From the NCBI RefSeq assembly GCF_009914755.1, contig NC_060937.1: 64,000 nucleotides of DNA. One strand, given 5' to 3'. A model generated the notes under the pieces. The model was not told where the DNA came from. It was given only the letters and a program-made list of their open reading frames with translations, and made no database searches. Source of the DNA: the human T2T-CHM13v2.0 reference genome, Homo sapiens. Both the position numbers and the translations under genes were made by a program. This document shows positions 31,977 to 48,406 of the stretch, one piece after another; the first letter of the stretch is position 1; each line of letters opens with the position of its first letter.

Positions 31977-32516
31977 CTGAAAATAAAGAAGAAAAGTACT
32001 TTACCATCATGCAAGGGGAAAAAAGCCAGATCCTTCTTTATGACTTTGTATAAGGAAAAAAAAATGACTTCTTTAACCTCACTTGTATCTATTCTCAAGA
32101 CTACGGCATTGATTCAGTTTCTCATCTCTCTTAAAGATTACTCTGGGATTCTTCTTGCTGCTGTCGTTTGTACTTTTCCAATCCATTTTCCACAATGCTA
32201 CCGGCACAATCTTCCCAAAACGAAAGTCTGATTTCATGTATTACAGACTCGAAGCCCTTCTTCGTCTCCAAATTCTCCAATAGCAGTGGTTGCCAGACTG
32301 TTGGTTTTCACAGGCTTAGTTTGGGTTGGCACCTATTTTACCCAAAACTTACCAAACATACAGGCCACGTGATATACATATTTTCAGAGCTCCCTCTCCT
32401 TCACCAAGTACATGGAAGAAGAGAGAGAAGATTTTGCTCTTATTGCCCCCATAGATGGAAAAGGAGGGAGGGGATGAGGCTGGTCGAGGACTAAGAAGAG
32501 GGAAGAGAGGATCTAC

Positions 32517-33170
32517 CTGGAAGTTGGGCCTCCGGAGCGGCTCGGAGGCGGCGTCTCCAGGCACCTGCTTGCTCTTCGTCTCCTGAGGGCACGGGGCGTC
32601 TTTCTCCCCCGATTCCTCCAGCTGCCCGGGCTCCTCCTGCCTGTCAGCTCCTGACCTCCGTGATGGTGGCTGCGGCTGGCTGGCCTCCGCAGGGCCCGGG
32701 AGCGCCTTGCTCTCCGCTTCGTCCCCATCTCTCCGCAGGCGGATCAAGCCCCTGCGGCCGGTGGCGGGCGAAGTGACCCCACAGGCTGGCAGGGGCTCCT
32801 GGGGGTCTCTGCCGTCCCAGGGGGAGCAGCTGCTGAGGGTGCGAGGCCCCAGAGAGCACTGCACAGCCTTGTCCACCCGCGGGCTCACCTGCACGCCCAC
32901 CTCCTTGGTGTTGGGCTTGCACAGCCGCGGGCTCAGGCTGGGGTTCATCTGGGAGAGAATGGCCTTAAGCTGCGCCCTCTTGTAAGGGTCAATGCAGTAG
33001 TCAGGGGCGTTCGCGGGCACCAGCAGCCCTGGCCTGGCCAGAAAAGTGGGAGGACCCATATTTTGCCTCCAGTCGGGCTGTTTGTGCCCTGAGAGTCCAG
33101 GCTGGCCCAAAGGCACTGTGCTCCCATAACCCTGGTACAAGCCATAGGGAACACGGACAAAGCGCTCCAT
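32517..33170 (-). CDS. ZAR1L: ZAR1L first coding exon MERFVRVPYG...RRPNFQ (218 codons), CpG-rich
   Basis: ORF 32349-33170 cut at donor CAG|gtagat; 218+31+25+47 = 321 aa. Confidence 0.94.
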
Positions 33171-33569
33171 CCGCTCTCAGGTGCTCAGGCGCAGTCTAAT
33201 ATCCTAGCCAGTTTGTTTGGGTCCTTATTTTGCCTTCCTCCTTCATCCGCCCCTTCTTTCTCTTCATCAGGTTGGTTCAGATTCATTCCTGGCTTCTCCA
33301 TTTATTTCAGATTCTAATGGGAGCTGCTGCTTATTACCCTGATTGAGGGAGAGAAGCTCTATCTACAGATGTCTAATTGCCACCTGATTCCTACCTAATT
33401 GCTTTTCCCTACCTCTTCACTGTTCGGGAATCTTTTTTTCAAAGCTGTTTTTCATTTCCAGCTTATTCACACATATGCTTTAATTAGTGATTAATTCATA
33501 TATTCCTGTAGTGACCATTCTAAAGATCCTTTGTAAGGTAATGTGGTAATGTTAGATAATGTTTTAAGG

Positions 33570-34993
<1,424 letters not shown>

Positions 34994-35813
34994 TAGGTGA
35001 GAAAGTCTATTATGGTGGAGCTAATAAGTTGCAAGTCCCTGGTACAAAGAGAACAAGAAACATAAAGGTATGGGGGGCTGTATAAAATGACAGAAAATGT
35101 TATTTCTGAGACTTGTGTGACATGCCACGGGTTCTCATTAGTCCACTCCTAGTGAGACACCCCTCCCCCACAAAAAGGGGACAAAGCATATTGTTCTGAT
35201 TTATAGGGTAAATAAATCACAGGTTAGTTAAGTGTATGAAGTCAAATGGACTAGAATTCAAACCTGGGCCTTACTACCAGGCACATTACTTAACTACTTG
35301 ATTCAGTATCCTCATCTGACAATACTGACCAATTTACAGGATTACTGTAAGATTAAACATGGTATTGCTTGAAAACCCAAAGCAGAATGCCTAACTCATA
35401 AAATGTTTGGTAAGTGGCAGCTGTTATTAGTAAGGATCACAGACGTATTTCTTTGCGAATTAGACTTAGAGCAAAAGCTTTAGAATCTATCTGCATTAGT
35501 AAGGCCTCCTTCTACAACTAAGGATTACTGATTATCAAACTAAAATGGTCCCTAAGGAACCAAGCGGAGCCCACCCTTTTCCTAATCCAAGGTTGCTTCT
35601 GTTTACTGCTCAAGCACCTTCTGGAAGCAGCAAGGCCCCCATGGGAGCAACTCTCACTGAATCCATTTGAAGGTTTTGTAGGTCTTACAACAAACCCTAT
35701 TCAGCCTTGTATTAGGCATGTTACAGAACCAACGAATTCGGAGATGAAGTCAGGTCTTCCAGTTCAGCCTGCGAGGAAGACAGGTGATCCGAATCCTAAG
35801 AATGCAAAAGATG

Positions 35814-36107
<294 letters not shown>

Positions 36108-36429
36108 GCAAAAGATACTACCAAGCCCTGCGGAGCAAGGTACCTCACACTTCATGAGCGAGTTAAGATGGGTTTCACAATTTTTCAAGCAAGGAAACGG
36201 GCTCGGAGGTCTTGAACACCTGCTACCCAATAGCAGAACAGCTACTGGAACTAAAATCCTCTGATTTCAAATAACAGCCCCGCCCACTACCACTAAGTGA
36301 AGTCATCCACAACCACACACCGACCACTCTAAGCTTTTGTAAGATCGGCTCGCTTTGGGGAACAGGTCTTGAGAGAACATCCCTTTTAAGGTCAGAACAA
36401 AGGTATTTCATAGGTCCCAGGTCGTGTCC

Positions 36430-37210
36430 CGAGGGCGCCCACCCAAACATGAGCTGGAGCAAAAAGAAAGGGATGGGGGACTTGGAGTAGGCATAGGGGC
36501 GGCCCCTCCAAGCAGGGTGGCCTGGGACTCTTAAGGGTCAGCGAGAAGAGAACACACACTCCAGCTCCCGCTTTATTCGGTCAGATACTGACGGTTGGGA
36601 TGCCTGACAAGGAATTTCCTTTCGCCACACTGAGAAATACCCGCAGCGGCCCACCCAGGCCTGACTTCCGGGTGGTGCGTGTGCTGCGTGTCGCGTCACG
36701 GCGTCACGTGGCCAGCGCGGGCTTGTGGCGCGAGCTTCTGAAACTAGGCGGCAGAGGCGGAGCCGCTGTGGCACTGCTGCGCCTCTGCTGCGCCTCGGGT
36801 GTCTTTTGCGGCGGTGGGTCGCCGCCGGGAGAAGCGTGAGGGGACAGATTTGTGACCGGCGCGGTTTTTGTCAGCTTACTCCGGCCAAAAAAGAACTGCA
36901 CCTCTGGAGCGGGTTAGTGGTGGTGGTAGTGGGTTGGGACGAGCGCGTCTTCCGCAGTCCCAGTCCAGCGTGGCGGGGGAGCGCCTCACGCCCCGGGTCG
37001 CTGCCGCGGCTTCTTGCCCTTTTGTCTCTGCCAACCCCCACCCATGCCTGAGAGAAAGGTCCTTGCCCGAAGGCAAATTTTCGCCAAGCAAATTCGAGCC
37101 CCGCCCCTTCCCTGGGTCTCCATTTCCCGCCTCCGGCCCGGCCTTTGGGCTCCGCCTTCAGCTCAAGACTTAACTTCCCTCCCAGCTGTCCCAGATGACG
37201 CCATCTGAAA
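36430..37210. promoter_or_regulatory. CpG island / BRCA2 promoter, head-to-head with ZAR1L
   Basis: High GC and CpG; NF-kB-like GGAATTTCC 36611-36619; ETS ACTTCCGG 36664-36671; tandem GCGTCACG x2 36693-36708; E-box CACGTG 36705-36710; no TATA box. Confidence 0.88.
36725..36912 (+). other. BRCA2: BRCA2 exon 1 (non-coding 5'UTR)
   Basis: Recognised mRNA 5' end GTGGCGCGAGCTTCTG...; donor CGG|gttagt; start approximate. Confidence 0.9.
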
Positions 37211-37699
37211 TTTCTTGGAAACACGATCACTTTAACGGAATATTGCTGTTTTGGGGAAGTGTTTTACAGCTGCTGGGCACGCTGTATTTGCCTTACTTAA
37301 GCCCCTGGTAATTGCTGTATTCCGAAGACATGCTGATGGGAATTACCAGGCGGCGTTGGTCTCTAACTGGAGCCCTCTGTCCCCACTAGCCACGCGTCAC
37401 TGGTTAGCGTGATTGAAACTAAATCGTATGAAAATCCTCTTCTCTAGTCGCACTAGCCACGTTTCGAGTGCTTAATGTGGCTAGTGGCACCGGTTTGGAC
37501 AGCACAGCTGTAAAATGTTCCCATCCTCACAGTAAGCTGTTACCGTTCCAGGAGATGGGACTGAATTAGAATTCAAACAAATTTTCCAGCGCTTCTGAGT
37601 TTTACCTCAGTCACATAATAAGGAATGCATCCCTGTGTAAGTGCATTTTGGTCTTCTGTTTTGCAGACTTATTTACCAAGCATTGGAGGAATATCGTAG

Positions 37700-37798
<99 letters not shown>

Positions 37799-38160
37799 TA
37801 AATTACACCGAGAAAGTGTTTTCTAAAAAATGCTTGCTAAAAACCCAGTACGTCACAGTGTTGCTTAGAACCATAAACTGTTCCTTATGTGTGTATAAAT
37901 CCAGTTAACAACATAATCATCGTTTGCAGGTTAACCACATGATAAATATAGAACGTCTAGTGGATAAAGAGGAAACTGGCCCCTTGACTAGCAGTAGGAA
38001 CAATTACTAACAAATCAGAAGCATTAATGTTACTTTATGGCAGAAGTTGTCCAACTTTTTGGTTTCAGTACTCCTTATACTCTTAAAAATGATCTAGGAC
38101 CCCCGGAGTGCTTTTGTTTATGTAGCTTACCATATTAGAAATTTAAAACTAAGAATTTAA

Positions 38161-38485
<325 letters not shown>

Positions 38486-39566
38486 TTACTTAAAAATAAT
38501 GAAAGCTAACCCATTGCATATTATCACAACATTCTTAGGAAAAATAACTTTTTGAAAACGAGTGGAATAGTTTTTACATTTTTGCAGTTCTCTTTAATGT
38601 CTGGCTAAATAGAGATAGCTGGATTCACTTATCTGTGTCTAATCTGTTATTTTGGTAGAAGTATGTGAAAAAAAATTAACCTCACGTTGAAAAAAGGAAT
38701 ATTTTAATAGTTTTCAGTTACTTTTTGGTATTTTTCCTTGTACTTTGCATAGATTTTTCAAAGATCTAATAGATATACCATAGGTCTTTCCCATGTCGCA
38801 ACATCATGCAGTGATTATTTGGAAGATAGTGGTGTTCTGAATTATACAAAGTTTCCAAATATTGATAAATTGCATTAAACTATTTTAAAAATCTCATTCA
38901 TTAATACCACCATGGATGTCAGAAAAGTCTTTTAAGATTGGGTAGAAATGAGCCACTGGAAATTCTAATTTTCATTTGAAAGTTCACATTTTGTCATTGA
39001 CAACAAACTGTTTTCCTTGCAGCAACAAGATCACTTCATTGATTTGTGAGAAAATGTCTACCAAATTATTTAAGTTGAAATAACTTTGTCAGCTGTTCTT
39101 TCAAGTAAAAATGACTTTTCATTGAAAAAATTGCTTGTTCAGATCACAGCTCAACATGAGTGCTTTTCTAGGCAGTATTGTACTTCAGTATGCAGAAGTG
39201 CTTTATGTATGCTTCCTATTTTGTCAGAGATTATTAAAAGAAGTGCTAAAGCATTGAGCTTCGAAATTAATTTTTACTGCTTCATTAGGACATTCTTACA
39301 TTAAACTGGCATTATTATTATTATTATTTTTAACAAGGACACTCAGTGGTAAGGAATATAATGGCTACTAGTATTAGTTTGGTGCCACTGCCATAACTCA
39401 TGCAAATGTGCCAGCAGTTTTACCCAGCATCATCTTTGCACTGTTGATACAAATGTCAACATCATGAAAAAGGGAAATGATTCCATAGCGTTATTATGAA
39501 AGTAGTTTTGAACTGTAATGGTAGAGGATGAATAGCTCACAATACAAATTTGTCATTTCCCTTTAA

Positions 39567-39978
<412 letters not shown>

Positions 39979-40313
39979 GAATTTTATCGTGGAATGTATT
40001 CTTAATGTGAATAGTTTTTGATTCCGAACCATGAATAATAAGAAAATAAATAAAATTTAAATGAAAATAAAAGCTAATATATACAGCTTTTAATAATATA
40101 GTTAAATGCCATCTTGTAACTTTTGTGAACTCTTGTTACACCTTTCTATAGATTCGCAAGAGAATGGATTAATGATCTTGTTTAATTAATATGCCTTAAC
40201 AAAAGTAATCCATAGTCAAGATCTTAAGCATTTTTTTCCTTATGATCTTTAACTGTTCTGGGTCACAAATTTGTCTGTCACTGGTTAAAACTAAGGTGGG
40301 ATTTTTTTTTTAA

Positions 40314-40571
<258 letters not shown>

Positions 40572-43229
40572 TAATGCAATATGGTAGACTGGGGAGAACT
40601 ACAAACTAGGAATTTAGGCAAACCTGTGTTAAAATCTTAGCTCATTCATTAATTGTGTCATGCTGGGCAAATCAGTCTCTCTGGCCTCTTTTTCCTCACT
40701 CGAAAAATGGAGACGATGAAAATAATGTCTCATAGGTTTGGATTAAATTAAATAATGTAGGTACTTAGTAAATGTTCTCTTTCATCCCTCCTTTGATAAA
40801 TTTGCCAACTGAGATTTGCTGAATTACGTCTTTCTTATGCCAAAAAAACCTAGGACTTGTTTTGATGTTAATTAAACTAAACTATATTTCTGCAAGCTAT
40901 CACAGAGGACAGAGATTATTTTACCGATATACTATAAGTATCATGATTTGGAAGGAGTTTCCCTGGCGTAGGTGCCGCATGTTTCTAAGCAATTATGTAA
41001 TAAGATTATATATTCAGTCATTCAAATAATTATTACCTACTTGACATAAGTAATGAACTTTCCCTTTTCTTCAGAGTGTTAATCTCTAGTAAGGGGAATA
41101 AAGAGTACACAGATAAAGTATAGTGTAAGGTTGAATGTAGTATGTGCTAAGAGAAAAATATAAAAAAGTATAATGAGAGTTGAGAAGAAAGAGCAAATAG
41201 TATTGGGCAAAGTTAGGCAATTATTCCTTTGAGCTAAACCTTGAAGGATAGGTGAGAGATTAAGAAATTTGAAGATGTGGTAGAGTGATAATGTTCTAGG
41301 CAGAGGGAACAACATGAGGAAGAATATGTAGTGTGTTCAGGAAATAGCAAGTAATTCAGGTTGGCTTTGGTTGTTTTGTGTCTGAAAGGGACCAATAGAC
41401 AAGGCAAAAAGGCAGACTAAAGGCAGGCATTGAATGCCAAGCTAAAGAAATTGAATTTGTTTGGTTGGTTGGTGAGCAGAGAAATCACATGCAAATTTCA
41501 TCATGCTACTTATTGTGTCAAACCTTAGATCACCTCCCTTTGTCCTTATAGCAAAATCTAAACTTGATATGGCTTTCAAGTTCCTTTGTGATCAGGCCCC
41601 TGATTTACACTCTTGGCTCAGCTTGCCATATTCATCCTCTCACCTATCTTCATTTGCCATTCATTCCTACTGAATTTCTTTTCGTTACCAAAACCACAAT
41701 GCTCTCTGGCTCTTTATTAAACATATTGTTACCTCTACCCACAACCTACTTTTTCCCTACTTTTTGTCTAGCTAATTTGCGTGCTCGTCTTTCAGATCTT
41801 GGCTTATTTCTGCTTCTGAGAAATACTTCCTGTCTGCCCTCGTTGAGCTTCTAGTGAAGGAGACATACATAAGCAATTATAGTGTGATACATGCTTTGAA
41901 AGAAATTCATGGCTATAGGGAGTGCATATACAAAGGGAATATAGGTAATGGGCAAATATTTACATGTATGTTATTGGATACCAAATGGTATACATAGGAT
42001 TCAGTAAATATTTGTAGAGTGAGTATTAGTATTATTTGCTTTAGAAAGCCTAATGATCAAACAGCAGTCTTTGGAGATAACGTTTTTCAAAATGTCATGT
42101 CTGTGCCATTAGAATCTTCTAGACTGCTCATTGAAAGGACAGATTCCAGGCCCCACTCTGAATCTCTTAATTTATAATTTTTGGAAATGATGCCCATGAG
42201 TCTACATTTTAAACTACCTGAATGATCCCTATAGAAAGAGAAAACTGGAGGTAGGAAGATCAGTTAGGGGATGTGTAATGGTCTAGGTGATAGAGACAAG
42301 TGCCTGAATTACAGTAATAACAGTGAAAGTAAATATGGAACATAAAACTATAGGACCTTGCAGTAGTCTAGATATGGAGGATTCAAAAAAAGGAACAAAT
42401 GACAGGGCAAAGCATATGCAGAACACAGTAGTAACAGTCATAGAAATGGATAAGGGAGTCATCCATTCTGCAAATACTTACTGCTTACTTGTGTCTGGCA
42501 ACCTGCTCGGCATTAAGGATACAAATATGAATAAGATGTCCTTTGACCTCTAAGTACTCAGTCTCGTAAGCACGTCTTGTAAGCACATCTTGGTTGCTTC
42601 CATAAAAATAAATACACTAGTGTGATATGTTATAAGAGCATGTACCAAGTGCATGAAAAGTGAGCAGCCATCTCTGGTTGGTCAGAAAAAGCTCCATAAA
42701 GCAGTTTTTGCTGAATCTTGAAAGATATACCTAAGGTCAAATGGTTAATTCTTTAATCATAACCTGCTAGAATTGATCTATAACCAAGGAAGGATAGTAA
42801 GGAATTAATAAGGCCACTCTCAACTCACTGCAAAGGAGTTAACTTTTTGAAGGCTGTAATACATAAATCTGCTGACTAGTCTCTTGAGACCTTTTGCTTT
42901 TACGTTTACTTTAGATTCAGTATTGAAAAGTAAGAGTAATGGACTTAAGCTGTGTTTTTCAACCTGTTTTGTTCAGTTCTAACATGTAATATTTTTTAAA
43001 AAATTATTCCTAAAGTTCTATGAGGAATTGTGCTGTTTCTGCCTCTCAGCAGTCCTTCCTTTTGCATTAAATCATAGGCATTTCTGTTACCATTCTTCAG
43101 CTTATTAATGAGATCCTCAGGTTATTTGGGAAATGTTTATTTGGTAATTAACTCTTTTTCACCTAGTTCATTTTTTTAACTTTTTTTTTTAAATAGCCGA
43201 GTTTCTTTTCATTGCTGAACTAAAATGGA

Positions 43230-44385
43230 TGTGTTATTATTAGCTGAACTCCTTAGTTTACTTTAGAGTTCACCCTTTGTATGGTTCTATGGATTTTGAC
43301 AAATTGTATAATGTCGTATATCTGCCATTATGGCATTATACAGAATAATTTTGCTGCCCTAAAAATCTCCCGAGTTCCACCTGCTCACCCATCCCTCCTC
43401 CTGAGCCCCTGGCAGCCACTGATCTTTTTACTGTCTGTATAGTTTTGCCTTTTCCAGAATGTCATGTAGTTGGAATCATACAGAATATAGCATTTTCAGA
43501 CTGGCTTCTTTCACTTAGCAATATGCCGAGACCAGCTCGATTGTAGAGACCCTAACCCAGCGGCACTAGAGGAATTAAAGGCACACAGAAATATAGCGGT
43601 GTGGAGTGGGAAATCAGGGGTCTCACAGCCTTTTGACAGCAAGCCAGTGATAAGCATTGTTTCTATAGATTATAGATTAACTGAAAGTATTCCTTAGGGG
43701 AAATAAAGGGCTGGGCCGAAGTAAAGGGATGGGTCTGGCTAGTTATCTGCAGCAGGAGAATGTCCTTAAGGCACAGGTCGCTCATGATAGTTTGTGGTTT
43801 AAGAACGCCTTTAAGCGGTTTTCTGCCCCGGGTGGGCCAGGTGTTCCTTGCCCTCATTCCGGTAAACCCACAAGCTTCCAGCGTGGGTGTCATGGCCATC
43901 ACGAACATGTCACAGTGCTGCAGAGATTTTGTTTATGGCCAGTTTTGGGGCCAGTTCCCAACAGCAATATGTGTTTAAGGTTCTTCCATGTCTTTTAATG
44001 ATTTCATGCTGAATAATATTCCATCGTATTGATGTACCACAGCTTGTTTATCCATTCATCTATTGAAGGACATCTTGATTGCTTCCAAATTTTGGCAATT
44101 ATGAATAAAGCTGGTATAAATATTCACATACAGGTTTGTGTGTGAATATATTTTCAACTCATTTTGGTTCACACCAAAGAGCACGATTGTGGGATCATAT
44201 AGTAAGAGTATGTTTAGTTTTATGAGAAACTACAAGCTTTCTTCCAAAGTAGCTGTTGCATTTTGTATTCCCACCAGCAGTGAATGAGAGTTCTTGTTGC
44301 TCACATCCTCACCAGCATTTGGTGTGTCAGTGTTTTGAATTCTAGCCATTCTAACAAGTGTGTAGTGGTACCTCATTGTTTGTTT
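43230..44385 (-). mobile_element. L1M (MA/MB-type) 3' fragment, interrupted by an LTR
   Basis: ggaatcatacag...gactggcttctttcacttagc; tgcattttgtattcccaccagcag. Confidence 0.75.
43524..43963 (-). mobile_element. MER9-like (HML-3/HERV-K9) solo LTR
   Basis: TG...CA termini; 6-bp TSD GCAATA; minus strand begins TGTTGGGAACTGGCCCCAAAACTGGCCATAAAC. Confidence 0.85.
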
Positions 44386-44392
44386 TATTTAA

Positions 44393-44694
44393 TTTTTTTT
44401 TTTTTTTTTTGGAGATGAAATCTCGCTTTGTCGCCCAGGCTGGAGTGCAGTGGCGTGATCTTGGCTCACTGCAAGCTCCGCCTCCCAGGTTCACGCCATT
44501 CTCCTGCCTTAGCCTCCTGAGTAGCTGGGACTACAGGCACCCGCCACCACACCTGGCTGATTTTTTTGTATTTTTAGTAGAGACGGGGTTTCACTGTGTT
44601 AGCCAGGATGGTCTTGATCTCCTGACCTCGTGATCCGCTCGCCTCGGCCTCCCAAAGTGCTGGGATTACAGGCGTGAGCCATCATGCCCGGCCT
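44393..44694 (-). mobile_element. AluY
   Basis: Reverse Alu with Y diagnostics. Confidence 0.92.
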
Positions 44695-45889
44695 GTTTTA
44701 TTTTTTAAAGTCAATTTTCTTTCAAGAATTAGCTACTTTTTAGTATCTTTAATTAAAAATCTCATTAGAGAAGGAGGTTGGATATTTTGTTGAAGTGGGG
44801 TTTTTAAGTTACACATCCATTTGCTTTATTAGTGATTATGTCTAGTCCATGTTAACTTGAAAAATGAGACTATAATGAGACATTTTATTTAGGCTGCTAC
44901 AAACAGTTTTAAATTTGGTCTTCACTTTATTTTAGTAACATTGATAGAGCTTATTTTTCCCAAAAGCTAAGTTAGAGATTATAGGACCAACCGAAGCAAC
45001 TATTTTCTAAGAGTAATAATAAGTGACTCAGGTGCCAAATTTGTAGTTACCATCAACTATTGGAACCATATGAGTACTTAATGCCCTGGAGAGTCAAATA
45101 TAATCTACTCTAATACAGAAAATAGAAATATTGAAAAACTGTAAATTGGATTTCATATTGTTAAAGCCACCTATAGCTTTAGAAACTCTGAACATTATTT
45201 TCTTAGAAAATGGATGTGTTCAATAAGAATAGAAATTATGTATTACTGTCTGCAACTCACTTTGTCTAATTATATCCAATTTATTCATCCAGTCAATATT
45301 TCAGGAGTGACTAATATACCAGACATTTTTGTAGTTGCTAGGGATACAGTGACAAATAAGACAAAATCTCTACCTCAGATTGCTCACAGCCTAGTAGGGG
45401 GAAAAAGAACAGTGTATGATCAAACTCTTCAGGGAACACATAGGGGGGCAAACACTTAATCTTACCTTAGGGATCACTACAGTTTTCTGGAGGAGGTAGT
45501 TTCTAAATGGAAGCCTGAAAGAGTTGTTCCAGGTCAAGAAAAGCAAAGAAGGGGAAACAGCTTGTACAAAGTCCTAGAGGTTAAAGAAAACATTCTTTCA
45601 GGATATGCAAATGGTTGGGTATGGGTAAAAAGTAGACTGTAAAAGAATGGCATCATAAAAATTAAGTAAATTGTCACATAAATATATATATTTCTTATGT
45701 ACCCACAAAAATTAAAAATGAAGAAATTAAGTAAATTGTGAAAGGCCTTCATACTATGGAGTTTGACTTGATCTTGAAAAGTAAGATCTTGAAAGGTTTT
45801 TAGCACAAGTGATATTGTCAGATCTGGTACATTGGTAGGTTTTCAGTAAATGTCTTCCCTTACTCCTTTTTTCTCTTTCCTTCTGCTTT

Positions 45890-46148
45890 TGTTTAAAGCG
45901 ACAAGATGTTGCTCTTTTCCCAGGCTGGAATACAGTGGCATGATCATAGCTCAAGCTCCTGGGCTCAAGTGATCCTCCCGCCTCAGCCTCTCAAGTAGCT
46001 AGGACTACAGGCATATCACCACACCAGCGTTTTCTTTGTAGAGGCAGAGTCTCACTCTGTTGCTCAGGCAGGTGTTGAACTCCTGCCTCAAGCAATCCTC
46101 CCACCTCAGCCTCCCAGAGCCCTCAAATTATAAGCCACTGTGCTCGGG
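45890..46148 (-). mobile_element. Degenerate AluJ
   Basis: gggctcaagtgatcctcccgcctcagcc. Confidence 0.8.
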
Positions 46149-46273
46149 GCATCCTTTTTGGGGGGTAATCAGCAAACTGAAAAACCTCTTCTTACAACTC
46201 CCTATACATTCTCATTCCCAGTATAGAGGAGACTTTTTGTTTTTAAACACTTCCAAAGAATGCAAATTTATAA

Positions 46274-46570
<297 letters not shown>

Positions 46571-46778
46571 TGAGTCCTTTAATAGAATAGTTTTTACATT
46601 AGAAACATGTAAGTTGTTGTTCTTGTGATGTTGAATTGGCTGGTTTTCTGTATATTCTGTGATTTTTTAAGTAACAAAAATAACAGTGGTGAAAAGCAGT
46701 AAGTCAGTCCTTGAATTATCAATTTAAAATAAATTGTGTACTTTTCATCTTTGGAGAGAATATGATTTACTTTACAAA

Positions 46779-47080
<302 letters not shown>

Positions 47081-47341
47081 TACTTTACAAAATTTTTGAG
47101 TTTAAAATACACGGTTTCCAGCAGCTGAAATTTGTGAGTACATATGTGTTGGCATTTTAAACATCACTTGATGATTATTTAATGCTTCATGAGAGATTTA
47201 CTTTTTAAAATGTAATATAAAATATCTAAAAGTAGTATTCCAACAATTTATATGAATGAGAATCTTCTTTTAAAAATAAGATAAACTAGTTTTTGCCAGT
47301 TTTTTAAAATAACCTAAGGGATTTGCTTTGTTTTATTTTAG

Positions 47342-47391
47342 TCCTGTTGTTCTACAATGTACACATGTAACACCACAAAGAGATAAGTCAG
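47342..47391 (+). CDS. BRCA2: BRCA2 exon 5
   Basis: tttag|TCCTG...GTCAG|gtatga; 50 nt. Confidence 0.96.
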
Positions 47392-47482
47392 GTATGATTA
47401 AAAACAATGCTTTTTATTCTTAGAATACTAGAAATGTTAATAAAAATAAAACTTAACAATTTTCCCCTTTTTTTACCCCCAG

Positions 47483-47523
47483 TGGTATGTGGGAGTTTGT
47501 TTCATACACCAAAGTTTGTGAAG
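47483..47523 (+). CDS. BRCA2: BRCA2 exon 6
   Basis: cccag|TGGTA...TGAAG|gtaaat; 41 nt. Confidence 0.96.
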
Positions 47524-47712
47524 GTAAATATTCTACCTGGTTTATTTTTATGACTTAGTAATTGAGAATTTGACAATAGCGTTATACCTTTGCCCTGAGA
47601 TTTACAAATCTGTACCTAGCATTCTGCCTCATACAGGCAATTCAGTAAACGTTAAGTGAAATAAAGAGTGAATGAAAAAATAATATCCTTAATGATCAGG
47701 GCATTTCTATAA

Positions 47713-47892
<180 letters not shown>

Positions 47893-48406
47893 TGAGGTTG
47901 ATAATTGTCATCTCTAATACTTCTGTTAAAAGGAAATATGAAAAGAAAATATTAGATAATGTCTTTGATAAGTGTGTTAGTAACTGACAATAATTTTATT
48001 CTATTAAGTGTAGATTGGAATAAATACAAATACATTTAGTGGTAGTCCAGTGGTGTCAAGCATTATGTTTTAGTACGATGTGATTAACGTAGAATAGCTT
48101 ACAAATATTCCTTTACTGGCCTATATAAGCGTTTAAGAGGCAGTATTTGGTGTGACTGAATTCTTTTTACAAATGATTGTGGTAATTGGGGCATTAAAGC
48201 AGCATTAAATAAGCTTTTGTTTTCTCTACTTAAATGTGTTCTAAGGTCTGTATTGCCAGTAGTACTGAATTGAGGTCTTAAATTCCACAAGTGTAATTAC
48301 ACAACTATGTGATAAACTGCAATATTTATCCATTCATTAAACTGTAAACTCTTTGCAGTCTCACCACAGTTTCTCTTACTAGGATCTAGAAATATTTCCT
48401 ATTGTA

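Noticed and set aside
31665-32231. 188-aa plus-strand ORF
   Set aside because: Antisense to a ZAR1L exon, non-ATG start, no recognisable domain
32349-32516. C-terminal 55 aa of the 273-aa ZAR1L ORF
   Set aside because: Intron read-through past the donor at 32516
36538-37230. Overlapping ORFs across the BRCA2 promoter
   Set aside because: Expected from stop-poor GC-rich DNA; exon 1 has no ATG
42565-42591. Short tandem duplications (gtaagcac.tctt x2; also 24781-24803 and 45770-45794)
   Set aside because: Ordinary slippage-scale duplications with no functional hint
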